DNA from: Antechinus flavipes
Lineage: Eukaryota
Length of the DNA stretch: 64,000 nucleotides
Assembly: GCF_016432865.1 (NCBI RefSeq)
Contig: NC_067401.1
Coordinates: 27,776,001 to 27,840,000, forward strand
Reading direction: 5' to 3'
A program made the position numbers and the translations under genes. Positions within the stretch are counted from its first letter, which is position 1, and every line of letters begins with the position of its first letter. Under the pieces are notes generated by a model that did not search any database, had not been told where the DNA came from, and worked only from the letters and a program-made list of their open reading frames with translations. This document shows positions 49,405 through 62,053 of the stretch, piece by piece.

Positions 49405-52400
49405 TTAGATGGGCTCTGGCTTGAGCTTCTCTGCTAGGAAGTCGTTCACAAAGGCCTCCACGATGACCGGCGTGATCTCCTCCACGTCCATCACGTACTT
49501 GGCCCGGGCCGACATGTCCAGGATGGTGAGCAGGGGCGCGGCCTCGGGCAGGTTGGTGTAATCCCTCAGGGAGTCCGTCATGTCGTCCTGCGGGAGCCAC
49601 AGAAGGGAGACAAAACCAGCAGTTGGAGCGGAACGAGGCACGGAGCCCCCAGCCCAGGGGGGAAGGCCCGGGGACCCTGCCCAGGATGTCAGACAGGGAG
49701 CCCCCAGCCCAGGGGGGAAGGCCCGGGGAAGGATGGAGCCCCCAGCCCAGGGGATAACAGGGCTGGCCTTCTCTGCCTAACCCAGCTGAGCCCCCTGGGG
49801 CACTTTCAGGCCCCGGGGGGAGCCGTCTCTTCCCCTGGGCTCTTCGGATACCACTAAGCGAGGCTGCTCATGGCGGCTCTCGTCTGGTCCCTGTGAGTCT
49901 GTTGGACAGCCGGCTCCTAAGTGGGCACAGCTGCCTGGGACTGTGGGGCCCACTACAGCTCCCTCTCTGCTCAGGGCCCTCCTGTCTCTCTGGCTCTGGG
50001 GGAAGGTGGGTCCCCCAGCAGCCGGAGCCGGCTCTGGGTTGGTCTAAGAAGCAACGGGACGCCTGGTTGTCCGGGGGAGTCTCCCCCCGGGCTGAGGCTG
50101 GGCTCTGGGAGCGGATTTGGGGATCCTCCTGTCACCCTCCCAATCAGGACCACAGATTTAGAGCCAAAAGGATCGCCAACCCTCATCGCGTACGCAAGGA
50201 GCAGAGACCCAAGGAAGTGCCTCAGCCAAGGTCACGTAGGGAATACATTAGAAACAGGATTTGAACTCGGGCCCTAGGATGCCCAGGCCCTGGGCAGGTG
50301 AAGTGACTATGGGGTTGGCTCCGGTTTTCTGGCAGAAAAGCAAGACCCTCACTTCCCTGCGCCTCAGTTTACTCATCTATAAAATGAGCAGGCTGGGCTG
50401 CTACTCTCCTACTGCCTCAATCCCAGGGGCTCCCGTCACCTCGGAGGTAAGGCGGCCCCCGGCCCTGACCTCTCTCTGCAGCCACACTGATTCCCTCCCT
50501 GCACGCCCCCTTGAGCCAGCCTGGACCTGTTCCATCTTGGGCTTCTGTGCCAGACCCAGGGCCCAAACCCCAACATCTGAGGCCCTTCCTAGTGCCCTGG
50601 GCTGGGACTGCTTCGTGTGAACTCCTCTCCTCCTCTTTTCTTCCTATTTTCCTCCTCCTCCTCCTGCCCCTTTTCCTCCTCCTCCCCTTCCTCTTCTTCC
50701 TCTCCTCTCCTGTTTATTTTCCTCCCCCTCCTCCCTGTCCTCCTCCTCAGCGAGCTTCTCTCCTTCCTCTCCTGGAGGGTGAGGGCCTATTTCAGTCTGT
50801 CTGGTCCCGGTGCCCGCACCCAGGCGGCCCAGACCACCCGACTCTCCGGCCCGTTCTGGCCGCTCCCCTCGGGCCTCGGAAGCTTGGCTGGCCCTTCCTT
50901 TGCCCCCTGCCCAGGTCTCACGGGCCCTGCGGCCACGTAGTCTGAGCTCCCCGTCAGGACGCGCGGCTGAGAAAGGACATCACTTTCCAGGAGAAAACCT
51001 GATTTTCCTTTCTGGAAACTGCGGAGCGTCCGGGAGAGCCGGGGGGTGGAAGGGACCCCGGAGCGCGTCCGTGCCCCCTGCTGGGCCCCAGGCCCGCTCC
51101 CGGCTGCCCTTTATTCCGGACCACCACCAGATAAAGGGTAGGGAGTTTAATCCGTTGGAGCCGCCCCCCGGGCTCTTTGTGTGTGGGGCCGAGGGCTCGG
51201 GGCCCTTTCGAACCCGCTTTGTTTCCCCGCAACCTCCGGGCTCACGGGCCTGCCGAAGGGGCCCAGACGGGCTTAGCCCCGGAGCCTATTGAGGAGGCGA
51301 TGAATGGGTGATTCAGGGTGTGCAGCCATTCTTTCCTGCTGTCCCACTCGCCTGGGACCGAGCTCAGCGTGAAACGCGGGCGTGGCGGAGCTCCAGCCGC
51401 GGCGAGGGCGCTGAGGGGGACACTTGTCAAAACCTGCGCTTCCCTGTAAGAGGCTTAGGGATGGGCTGCTTGGGAGAGGAGGGGGAGCGCCTGGGAGGAC
51501 GCGCCGGGGGAGGGGGCGGGGAGCTCCTGCGCCACCGCGGCCATCTTGCGAGGAGATTCGCCATGTTTGTGGGATGGAGTCCGGTCCTCCCTTGCAAGGG
51601 GCAGCTAGCCCCGGGCCGGCCGAGCGTGGCGAGGCGGGGGGAGAGGCCCCCAGAGAGCCCCACGGCTTCTTTGTAAAATGGCATTTTCACGCGCTTTGGG
51701 TAAAGGCGCTCGCCCCTCCCATGGGGGCCACTGTGCCGGCCGGTCAGGGAGTGACCTCCCAGGGCAGAGCGCGCCGTGCAAGGGCAAGATAGGGAGGCTC
51801 CTCCCGGGCCGCGGAACCCTGGAGGGAGGCCCCGGGGTGGGGGGGGGTTCCAGGCTCCTCCAAGCTCGCCCCCGCCGGCTCCGGCCTCCCCAGAACAAAA
51901 GGAGTCTCCAATCTCCCCCCTCCCTGTGAGAAGGTGCGGCCGTGGCGTGGGAGCCGCAGAAGGCGTGGGGAGGGAGGGACCCGGGCTCGGTGTGAGAGCT
52001 ACAGGGGAGGGGGAGGAGGGGCCGACCTCCCTGGGAGCGGCGCGGGGGCTGCACAGAGGAGGCCGTGGGACCTGTGGGGGAAGCCCAGGACTCAGCGCCC
52101 GTCCTCGGCTCCGCCGCCCGGGGCCGGACCCCCTGCTGTGGCCCCTTCCCGGGCTCCCACAGGGAGAGGCTGCCGGCAGTGGGGGAGGGAGGGGCCCTGG
52201 GGCAGCCTCAGTCTGCCCATCTGCCAGATGGGCCCGCTCTCGGTCTGTAACTACCTACAACGCTGTAAACCCGTCCGTCTCTATCTCCCCCAGGGAGGAG
52301 TGTCTGCAGTGGGAGGAGCGGGGCTCACATCCTGCCTAAGAGCAGCTGGGGGAGCTTGGACAAGTCTCAGCCTCCGGAGGCTCCGGGTGGAGGGAGGGGC

Positions 52401-55400
52401 TCCGGACCCGTAGGGTGAGAAGACGCAGCCCCAGAGGCGTTCTCCTTGGGGGGCCGGCAGGCCCGGCCCCCTCCGCAGCTTCCGGGCCCCCCCAGACGAG
52501 CCCGCGCGCCCGCTCACCTCTCCCGCCACAAAGAACAGGAGCGGGGCCTCCTCCTCCTTGGCCTTGTACTTGGCGATGATCTTCTCGGCGATCGGCCGGA
52601 TGAGCTGCTTGGCTGCGTCGGACTCGCCGTCGTCCTCGGAATCTGCAGGGGTGGGAGACGAGGATGCGCCCTGTGACCGCTGAGGTCCCCCCGCCCCCCC
52701 GGGCACATCCCCTCAGCTGGCGGGGGGGCTCCTGCTGCTGCCCCCTCCCCGAGTGCGGCTCCCCGCGGCCCTGGGGGCTCAGCCCCGCCCGGATGCAAGG
52801 ACGGCCAGGCAGGGTCGGGCACAGGGGGGAGTGGGGCAGCCCTGGCCCGGGTGAGGCGGGCACCCCCTCGGAGCCGCTGCCCTTCATCTGCAGAGCCGGG
52901 GGCCCAGGAGACCCACGTGTCTGTCTGTCTGTCTGAGGGCCCCGGAGCGAGAGGCGGAGCGGGGGCAGCCCTAGGCCAGAACTCGGCCTGGCTCTGGGAC
53001 ACCCTCGTCGGGTTCTGGTTCTGGGAGCCGCCCGGGAGGCCGTGGGACACGGGGGAGAAGCCCAGGGGAGCCAGGGCAGGGCCCAGCTCTGCCGCTCGGG
53101 GCGCCGGGGTCTGTGGGCAGCCTCTGTCTGCCCTGGGCCTCGGGGGCTCCTCCTTAGAATGAGGAGGATGGGCCCCGGGGGGGGTTTGTTCCCAGCCTCC
53201 GTATAGTGGAAAACTGTCTGAAAAGGGGGCTGGGGACCCCCCCGGGCTGGGGGCGGCCTGGGAGAGACCTCTTGGGGCTCCCTGAAGTCCCGAGCGGGGC
53301 CAACACAGGAGAACCAGCTCCCGGTCAGGAGGAGGCCCCAGGGCCGGGGGGCAGGGGCCGCGGTGGGAGGAGGCTCAGGGCCCGAGCCGCAGGCCGAGGC
53401 CCAGAGCAGGAGCGTGGGCAAACCTTTGGGGCCCAAAGCAAAGCTTGGCAGCGGGGACCACGGCCTCAGGCCCCGCCTCGGTAGGGACACAAAGGCTGGG
53501 GGGGCTGGGCTCCGTACCCACAAAGAGAACAAGGCAGGGGCCCTCGTTGAGCTGCACGGCGTTGGAGTCGGAGAGCTCCAGCACAGGCTTGGGGTGCCAG
53601 GGGAACTCTCGGCAGTCCTCGTCATTCAGGACCTCCACCCGGCCCTGCCGCGTGATCATCTCTCCCTTGGGGTCCAGCACGATGAGCGTGGGGATGCCTG
53701 GGGAGAGAACACAGACTGGCTGGCCCGCCGCCCGTCCCGCTACCGGCCCTGCCCCCACAAGGCCATGGGGCCAGACTCGGGCCACCCTCCCCGTCTGGCT
53801 GGGGCTGGTCGCGGACACGTGGCTCGCGCTCGCGGCTCCCAGCACCCAGTGCCTCCCATGCCCCCTGTGCCTGTTCCCCAGACAATGCCCCGGGAGGGGG
53901 AGGCCTTCCTTGACCTGCCACGGGGGATCGGCCCTTTTCTTCTGGAGGAGGGACTCAGGGCACACGGCCCGCTCTTGGGTCCCTTTCGGGCCCAGCCCTT
54001 TGATCCCACAGAGTAAAGGAGCCGGGGAGACGCAGAGGAGAAACCAAAAGACGTTTTGGCCCTGCTTTAGACCCGAGGGCCGTGCAGTCCGACCCCGGCC
54101 TGAGCCCCCTCTGAGACAGAGAGCCTCCTGGGGAGAAGCCCACCGGGGTCTGCCCCCCCCCCCCAGCTCCTTCCCCTGGGCCAAATCTGCTCCCGGTTGG
54201 GACCTTGGGAGGCCAAAACGTCTTTTTGTTTCTCCTCGGCGTCTCCCCGGCTCCTTTACTCTGTGGGATCAAAGGGCTGGGCCCGAAAGGGACCCAAGAG
54301 CGGGCCGTGTGCCCTGAGTCCCTCCTCCAGAAGAAAAGGGCCGATCCCCCGAGGCAGGTCAAGGAAGGCCTCCCCCTCCCGGGGAGCTCGCGAATTCACA
54401 GCGTCCTCCCCCTCCCCAAGCTCCTCCCGTCTGTGGCAGAGGGCGCGGGCCGCACGCTCCCCTCCCCACCGCTCTCACTCAGAGAGTCACTAAATATCGT
54501 GCAATAAAGAGGCGCCGGAAGCTCTTGGCTGGTAAAGGCTTTCGGAGGGAGCTCAGCAAGACCCCAGCCCTCGGCCTGTGCGCAGAGCTGCGGTGAGGAG
54601 CAGAAGCCCCCCTGCGAGGGACGGCCCGGGGCCCTGCGGCTTTGTGGCCCCCTCCCCACCGAGCGGCACAAGCCGGGCCGGCTGCTTGGGAGAATGGGCG
54701 GCCTGCGCCGGGCGGGGGCCGAGGGACGCTCCAGCGCTTCTCCAGCTCACGGCGCCCTGAGGCCCTCGGTGCTGGGGGGCTGCTCCGTCCCCGCCCCCCA
54801 CGAGCGGCCCCAGGCCGAGCCCACAGACTGGGAGCCGTGGAGCCAGGGGGAAAGGAGCTCGGGGTGGGGCCCGGTAATGGAGGCTCTGAGCACCAGAGGG
54901 CAGCAGCAAAACACTGAGAGGGGGAGAGAGGCTGGCAAACTGCCTCCTGGGAGGGAGGGCCAGAGGCGGAGGCCCCCGCGCTTCCTCCGGGGCAGCTGGG
55001 AGGGGGCAGTGACCCCAAGGCAGGGGCGACCTCCTGCTGGGCCGGCGGCCGCTCGGGGCACAGGAAGATCGGGCTCTCAAGGCATTCGTGGCCTTCCCCA
55101 AAGCTTTCTCCCTCCCTTTCCTCTCCACAAAATTAGGAGGTTCGTGTCATCGCTGGGTTCGAATCCCGCCTGATTCTTGCCAGCCCCGGGGCCTGGGCAG
55201 GACGCCCGCGCTCTCCGCGCCTCAGTTTCCTTCAGCTCTAAACCTGCACCGGCTGCCGGCAGCCCCGAGTCCAGGCCTGTATTGGGAGCAAAAGCCCCTC
55301 AGGAGAGGGCGGGGGGCACCTTCGCCTCACGGTGGCTCCCGGCCTAGCGCAGGAAGCTCCCAACTAGAGCTTGCTGACGGGCCCCGGCGAGGGCTCGCTT

Positions 55401-58400
55401 CCCTCTCTTCGGCACCGACTTCCTGGGGCCCCACTCACTGCTAAACAAAGAGGCTCCTCGGGCAAAAGCCTCAGAAAGACCCTCCTCAGCTGGAGGGAAG
55501 CTCTCCCACAGGCCTCAGGGGGCTNNNNNNNNNNNNNNNNNNNNNNNNNNNNNNNNNNNNNNNNNNNNNNNNNNNNNNNNNNNNNNNNNNNNNNNNNNNN
55601 NNNNNNNNNNNNNNNNNNNNNNNNNNNNNNNNNNNNNNNNNNNNNNNNNNNNNNNNNNNNNNNNNNNNNNNNNNNNNNNNNNNNNNNNNNNNNNNNNNNN
55701 NNNNNNNNNNNNNNNNNNNNNNNNNNNNNNNNNNNNNNNNNNNNNNNNNNNNNNNNNNNNNNNNNNNNNNNNNNNNNNNNNNNNNNNNNNNNNNNNNNNN
55801 NNNNNNNNNNNNNNNNNNNNNNNNNNNNNNNNNNNNNNNNNNNNNNNNNNNNNNNNNNNNNNNNNNNNNNNNNNNNNNNNNNNNNNNNNNNNNNNNNNNN
55901 NNNNNNNNNNNNNNNNNNNNNNNNNNNNNNNNNNNNNNNNNNNNNNNNNNNNNNNNNNNNNNNNNNNNNNNNNNNNNNNNNNNNNNNNNNNNNNNNNNNN
56001 NNNNNNNNNNNNNNNNNNNNNNNNNNNNNNNNNNNNNNNNNNNNNNNNNNNNNNNNNNNNNNNNNNNNNNNNNNNNNNNNNNNNNNNNNNNNNNNNNNNN
56101 NNNNNNNNNNNNNNNNNNNNNNNNNNNNNNNNNNNNNNNNNNNNNNNNNNNNNNNNNNNNNNNNNNNNNNNNNNNNNNNNNNNNNNNNNNNNNNNNNNNN
56201 NNNNNNNNNNNNNNNNNNNNNNNNNNNNNNNNNNNGGGGGGGAAAACACAGAGCAGTCTGGAGAAGGTAGGTCTGGGAGGAGGAAGAGGTCAGGAAAGCT
56301 TTTATGAAGAGGGTGACAGTGGCCTGAGCAGAATGGGGAAGAGACAGGATTCCCAGAGGCAGAGGAGCGGGGCAGGCCTGGGGACGAGCACCGATGGGAA
56401 GAACAAGGCCTCCGTGCTGGAGCAGCCGGGACAGACGACATGTGGCCCGCCGGGAAGGACTCTGAAAGCTCGTTGAGCCCTTGGAAAGGCCCTGGGGGCT
56501 CCCCGGCCCGGGCTGTTCGTCTCGTCGGTGGTGAGGCCGAAGCCCTGGATCTCACAGGCACAGGGAGGCTCTGAAGCATCCTTCCAGGGCCTGAGATGCA
56601 GCCCCCGAGCCACAGCCTCCTCCTCTACTTCTGGATGGTGAAGATCATACTGGAAGGCCAACACAAAGCACTTTGCCAGCCCAAGACGGCATTTTTTAAA
56701 TCCAGGGTGAGTTTACAGATGAGAAAGCAGAGCCTGGCGGCGGGTCAGGCTCACACGGCCAGCATGGGGCAGGCCTCCCGGCCGGATCAATCCTCCCTGC
56801 ATCCACTTCCCCGGTCGGGCCTGCAGCCTTTTCTGTAAAAAGGAGAGGGGACCCCCCACCCCCCGCCCCAGAGCCCGGTTCCGGTCAGTGCAGCCCGTGC
56901 TCCCCTGACCAGGGGCCTACATGTTATTTACCGACACTTTACAGATGCTGCACAACCTCCGATTCCAGGTCGGACCCCACAGGACGCCCGTTAGCAGACC
57001 CAGCAGTAACAGGCACGAGGGGGGGGGGGCGTATCCGCAGGGGACGGGAGGGGCTGAGACCCCGGAGATGGGGCGCATCCAAGCCCTGCCCGTCTGAGGC
57101 TGCGGCTCCCCACAGCTGCCCCCTCTGCCAGTTCTCTGCAGAGGCCCCAGAGCCTGCCTCCATCCCTGGGCCAGCCTCGACTCCGAGGCCATTGGGGGCT
57201 CCCCAGCCCAGCACGGGCCGACCGGGCCTGGAGACACATCGGGGGAAAGCTTCGGGAGTCAGAGGGGGAAGCTTCCTGCCACCAGCGGCCACCCCCTTTC
57301 TGTACTGAGGGGGGGGGCTGGCTCTGTGACCCCCTTGCTCGCTCTCTAAGCCGGCGCTTCCTCTCCTGCCCAACGAAGCAGGGACGTGAGCTGGTCTCTC
57401 CGATGCCTCCGGCTCAAATCACAGTTTTTCTTCCACAGCACGTACAAGGCCCGCACAAGCAGTCTTTTGGTTTTATATCTATGGATATTTTTTCTGTTGA
57501 TCCAGACTTTCTCACTCTAATTTCCAAAAGAAGGGAACAACTTCCTCATTCATTTCCAGGAAGCAGGAAGAAAGCACGACAGAGAAAGGATCACGAGTGC
57601 ACCAAGTCACTGGCAAACAAGAGCCAAGCCAGTTCCTGCCCTTAGGGAGCTTCTGCTCTTCTCAGGGGGCGACGGCGGACCCAGGGGGCTTCGGACACAG
57701 TAGCTGCAAGATGGTGAGCGGAGTCACAGGGAGACCCACGGTCTCCTTATGGGGTTTCTAGGAATGGCAGGAAGGAGAGCTGGCGAGAGGGGCGGGGAGG
57801 ACGGCCCGTCCACGGTGGGGAGGGCGGCTGAGGGCAGGAGTGACGCAGGAGGTCTGGGTCGGGCTAGGAGGCGGGCCTGCGGCCAGTGCTGCCCAGTCTG
57901 CCCTCTCCGGCCCGCTCTCGTCTCGGCCGAGTTTGCCCAACAGCCTTGCCGCTGGGCACGGGGTCTCAGCTTAAATTCTGTCCAACTACAGACACTATGA
58001 GACCCCATGATTTTACAGAACCTCGGACCCAACGTTTCACGCCTCTCGCGGCCGGATCACGTTTTTGTGGCTGTTCTTGGCGAGCCGTTCTCGGGGTCCC
58101 GCCTGGCCCTTCCCGGGCCCGTTTGGCCTTTTCTGTCACTGAGGAGGAAACTGGACCGGTCCAAGGTCGCGCAGCTGACTGGGAAGGCCTTCGGGCAGCA
58201 GGCAGCGGGGCCCCGTTAAGCGGGTCCGGCAGCAGCGCCTGGGGAAAGCGGGAGCCGCAGAGACGGCCTCAGAGGCTCTGGCTGAGAGGTGCAGGCCAGG
58301 CGGGGCCGGGAAGGGGTTAAGGGTGTGAATCTGCTTCCTCCTCTGTCACGTAAGAGCACACTGCAGACTCGGGGGCTGCCGGGAAGCACGAGGGAGGCGG

Positions 58401-61400
58401 GTCCGGAAGCCCCTCTGCAGCGCTCCTGGCCGAGGCCACCGGAGCCCGAAACAGCAGCGCTCGCCCCGCTCGCCGGCGCCCTGGGGGAGGGGGGCTGTGA
58501 GCTCAGCACCCAGCTTCATCAGGAGCCCGTCCTCCCCCTTCACTTCCCTCGCACTGCATGATGTTCAGCAGCTGAAGTGGACGGGGTTGGGCCGGACCGT
58601 CTGCTCTCCTGCTGGGCCTGAGGACTAGGGGCCCGAGAGTCGGAGCCTCCTGGATGCGCCGCCTCCCCCCCATTCCGAGGTGCTTGAGAACGGGGCTGTC
58701 CTGCCTTTTACTTGGAGCCCAAGCAATCAGCACGGCACTTGGCACTTATTATTACTATCATTCTAGAAAGCGGTTTGGAACTACATCCCCAAAGTCTCTG
58801 AAGTGTGTGTACATTTGTGTTCTATTATTCAAAGGGACTCAAAAAAAGAGGAAAAGAACCCAAATGTATAGGGCATCGGTCAGTGCTCCCCCAGAGGGAA
58901 GGAGTGCTCCCCAATGGGAACTGGCAGAATAGGTACGATCCCGCCGGTGCCTGGCTGAGGCGCTCTACAACAGCCACACCCGGAGGTGGGCACCACCGGG
59001 ATCCCCGAGGGTCAGTGTCTGCTCCCCCACAACGGCCTCGGCCCACTCTGCCCCTCGCTGTTCCGGGACTCTCCCTGCCCCGTCTGCCGAGTGGCAGCTA
59101 CCTCTGCACGAGCCCGAGGGCTACAAGGAGAAAGGCAGTTTCGCCAGAGCCGGTTCTTGCTTCCTGCTTCTCGGGTGCCGGAGGCGCGGTCCCCAGCAGA
59201 CACAGGAGATATTTGTTGAATGAATAAAATAAATGAAAACTCGCTTCTTTATCCCTCCTTTTTCTGTTGTTTTCGTGCAGGAGCCCTAGCACATTTGCAT
59301 CCCCAGCTGGGAGCAGGGTGGGGGGAGCTGACCGAGCCCACCTCCTGACAACTTCGACAAGCTGGATCCCCATGAAAGCAGCCCCCCTCCCTCCCGTGCT
59401 CCCTCCTGCTCAGCTCCGGGAGCGCGGCCCGAGCTCCCAGAGCCCTCTGCGGGGACCCCGCTCTGATGCCGACTGGGCTTTCTTTCCCAGAAACGCCCCG
59501 GCCCTCGGGGAGGCTCCTTAAGGCCGGGCTGGAAGGCAGAAGGAACCGGCTCCTCGGCTTCCCCTCCGTGTGGCCGCAGGCCCCCCACGCCTCGGAGGCT
59601 CCGCTTCTTTCCGGGGGAGGCCGGGACGGGGAGTGCCCACCGTGAGCTCGGGGACAGCCTCCCCTCTTCAGCTTCAGCCGCGTAAAACGAGACCCGGTCC
59701 CTTCCAGCTCTGCCGCTTGATGGTTTCCACAGCGCTCCTAGAGCCCCCCTCTGACCAGGCTGCTCTGGCTCGGAAGCTTTCCGGGACGGCTGCAGGAGAG
59801 TGGCTGGAATCCCGGCCCAGAAAGCCGCTGGTTCCTCGCCCTGTTCCCGCCCCGTTCCTGCTCTCGGACCCCGCGCCTCCAGGCCGGCCGCAGCCTGTCT
59901 GTCCGTCCCCCTCGGAAGCTCCCCCCGTGAGAGCTCTCCCCGGCCCGAGCTGCTGCTGCTGCTCCCGGACAGGACTGTGTTACTCGGCTGGTACTTCATG
60001 AATCCTTCTGTGTTCCAGCCCAGGTACAATGGCCACCCTCTAAAGCAAGGATTGTTTCATTTTTCTCCCCGTACTCCCCGGCTCTAGCGCAGCTTTGCCT
60101 TCACCAGGTGCTTAACAATGTCTGCCCGCGGGAAGGCCCCTTTCTGCCTTAGTTTTCCCATCTGTAAAAAGGGTGAAAGAATCCGCGGCCGAACGTGCCC
60201 CCGAGTCACGCTGGCCGCCCCAGGATGGAATGGAGGGAGAGGGGCGCCTTCCCTCCTTTAATGTTCTGCTTAATTTCCCGCCAAGAAAACTTTCTGACAA
60301 GGAGCTGCCTCTGCCACTTCCTCCCGAAGCACGAGCCCGCGGGTGGGGGAGACGAGCAGCTGTCTGTCTGCCCCGGTCCGCCCCCCCCCCGGGCATCTGT
60401 CTGCCCCCTGGTGCCCCAGCAGCCGGACTGCGCCCGCAGAAGCCCCGGAGGGGGGATTGGGCTGGCCCTGGGCCCGAGCTCGGCTCCCCCCTCCCCCCAG
60501 AGGGAGCCGGCCGCCCCCCTCCCCCCAGCTCATCACCCAAGCACAAACGCGAGACGCTGGTCCCTGTAGGCCCGCAAACACGCGGCCGGGGGAGGGCCCG
60601 GAAGGCGAAGCGCGAGCACGAGGCGGCCCTCTGGCGGCTCGGCGGCCTACCTTGGATCCCGTAGAGCCGGTTGAGACGTGACCTCCGGGCTTCGTCGGTG
60701 TAGGGGACGGCGAGCCAGGGCATCTCGCTGAAATACTGTTTGAAGGAGTCCTCGGACCTGCGGGGGAGAGGGCGCCCGACGTGAGAACGGCCCCTCCTCC
60801 CCCCCTTCCCGCTGCCAGTTCTTCCAAGCTCCGCCCCAGAGCAAGGGCCCCGCCCCCATCCCCCGGCAACTCCCCGGGGCGATTCCCAGCGCTGTGCGGC
60901 CGCTCTGGCCCCGCCCTCACCAGCCCAGGCCTCCCTTCCAGTCTCCCCCAGGGAGGCCCGGCCGTCTGTCCCCCGCTGGCCCTCCCCGCCTGGACGCCCG
61001 CCAGGGAGCCCCAGTTAGGCACAAGCGGCACATCTGGACGCGCTGAGCAGCGCAGAGCCCAGACCTGAACACGCCCCCGGCCCCGGCCTGCTCCTTCCCA
61101 GGGACCCAGAGATGGCGCGAGCCGGGCGGGGGCTCGGGGATCTCTGGCTGGCCGCCCCCTTTCCGGGGGGTGGGGGTGGGGCGGGGACGAGGGGGGCCTC
61201 GGTATCGGGTCAGGAGCCCCAGCGGCCACGAGGGCCTTCAGTTTTTAAAAAAAGGCACCGGGGTGGGGGTGGGGGGTTCACGGCAAACATTACCTGTCGG
61301 CGCTAACAAAGATGATCTCGAATTTCTGTCCCGACTCCTTGATCTTCCGGTAAGACTCCACCAGGACCCGGGTGAGACTTCGGCAGGGCGGGCACTGGCA

Positions 61401-62053
61401 ACGAGAAGAAGGGCCGCGGTTTTAGAGATGCTCGGAGGTCCTCCTTTGGTTTCCGGGCCGGCCCCTGGCAGACCCCCCGCCGTGAAAGGGTCAGAAATCT
61501 GGGCCGAGAACTCCTCGGAGGGGGCCGCCAGGGGCGCTAGGCTTGAGGTCAGGAGGACGCGGGTTCGAGTTCCACCTCCAACACTGGCGGCGCCTCCTCC
61601 CACAGAAAAGACAGAGAGAGAGAAAGGCAGCCGGGGGCCCAGCCCTCCGCTCCTGGGCTCGTCTCAGGCCTAGGCCAGGCGGGGGCTCTGCGGGGACCGT
61701 TCCGCCCCCCCTTGGGGTGCCACCGCCCCCAGCCTCTGCCGGCCCCCCTCAGGCCCTGGCTCAGAGGCGCCAAGGGGGAACACCCAGTGACGGAGGACGC
61801 CGCGGGCTTGGGGGTGTCTGGGCTGACAGTGCGAGGGTGGGAGGGGGAAGCCCCCACCCACCCAGGGGACCAGCGGTGGCCAGCCATGGGGCAGGGCGGG
61901 GGGAGGGGCCAGTACTCACCCAGTGGGCCGAGAAGTAAACGCCCACGTGAGACCCCTCCAGGCAGCTGCTGTCCAGGGCCTGGCCGCTGTTTCTGAGCAG
62001 GGAGCCCGCGATGACTTCGCTGAAGGGCTTGGGCCCCCAGGGGAATTCCAGAC
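49405..62053 (-). CDS. NXN: Nucleoredoxin, exons 3-8: 62053-61920, 61394-61294, 60757-60651, 53697-53518, 52642-52518, 49587-49405; exons 1-2 lie beyond the window
   Basis: Exons of 134, 101, 107, 180, 125 and 183 nt with GT/AG, in frame. WCPPC active site spans the exon 3/4 junction; also FEIIFVSAD, MPWLAVPY, GIPTL and the C-terminus AEKLKPEPI*. Confidence 0.97.
53888..54384. repeat. 174-bp inverted repeat (arms 53888-54061 and 54211-54384, 149-bp spacer) in NXN intron 5
   Basis: Arms compared base by base: 171/174 complementary, no indels. Confidence 0.95.
55525..56236. other. assembly gap (N run)
   Basis: Run of N in NXN intron 5. Confidence 1.
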
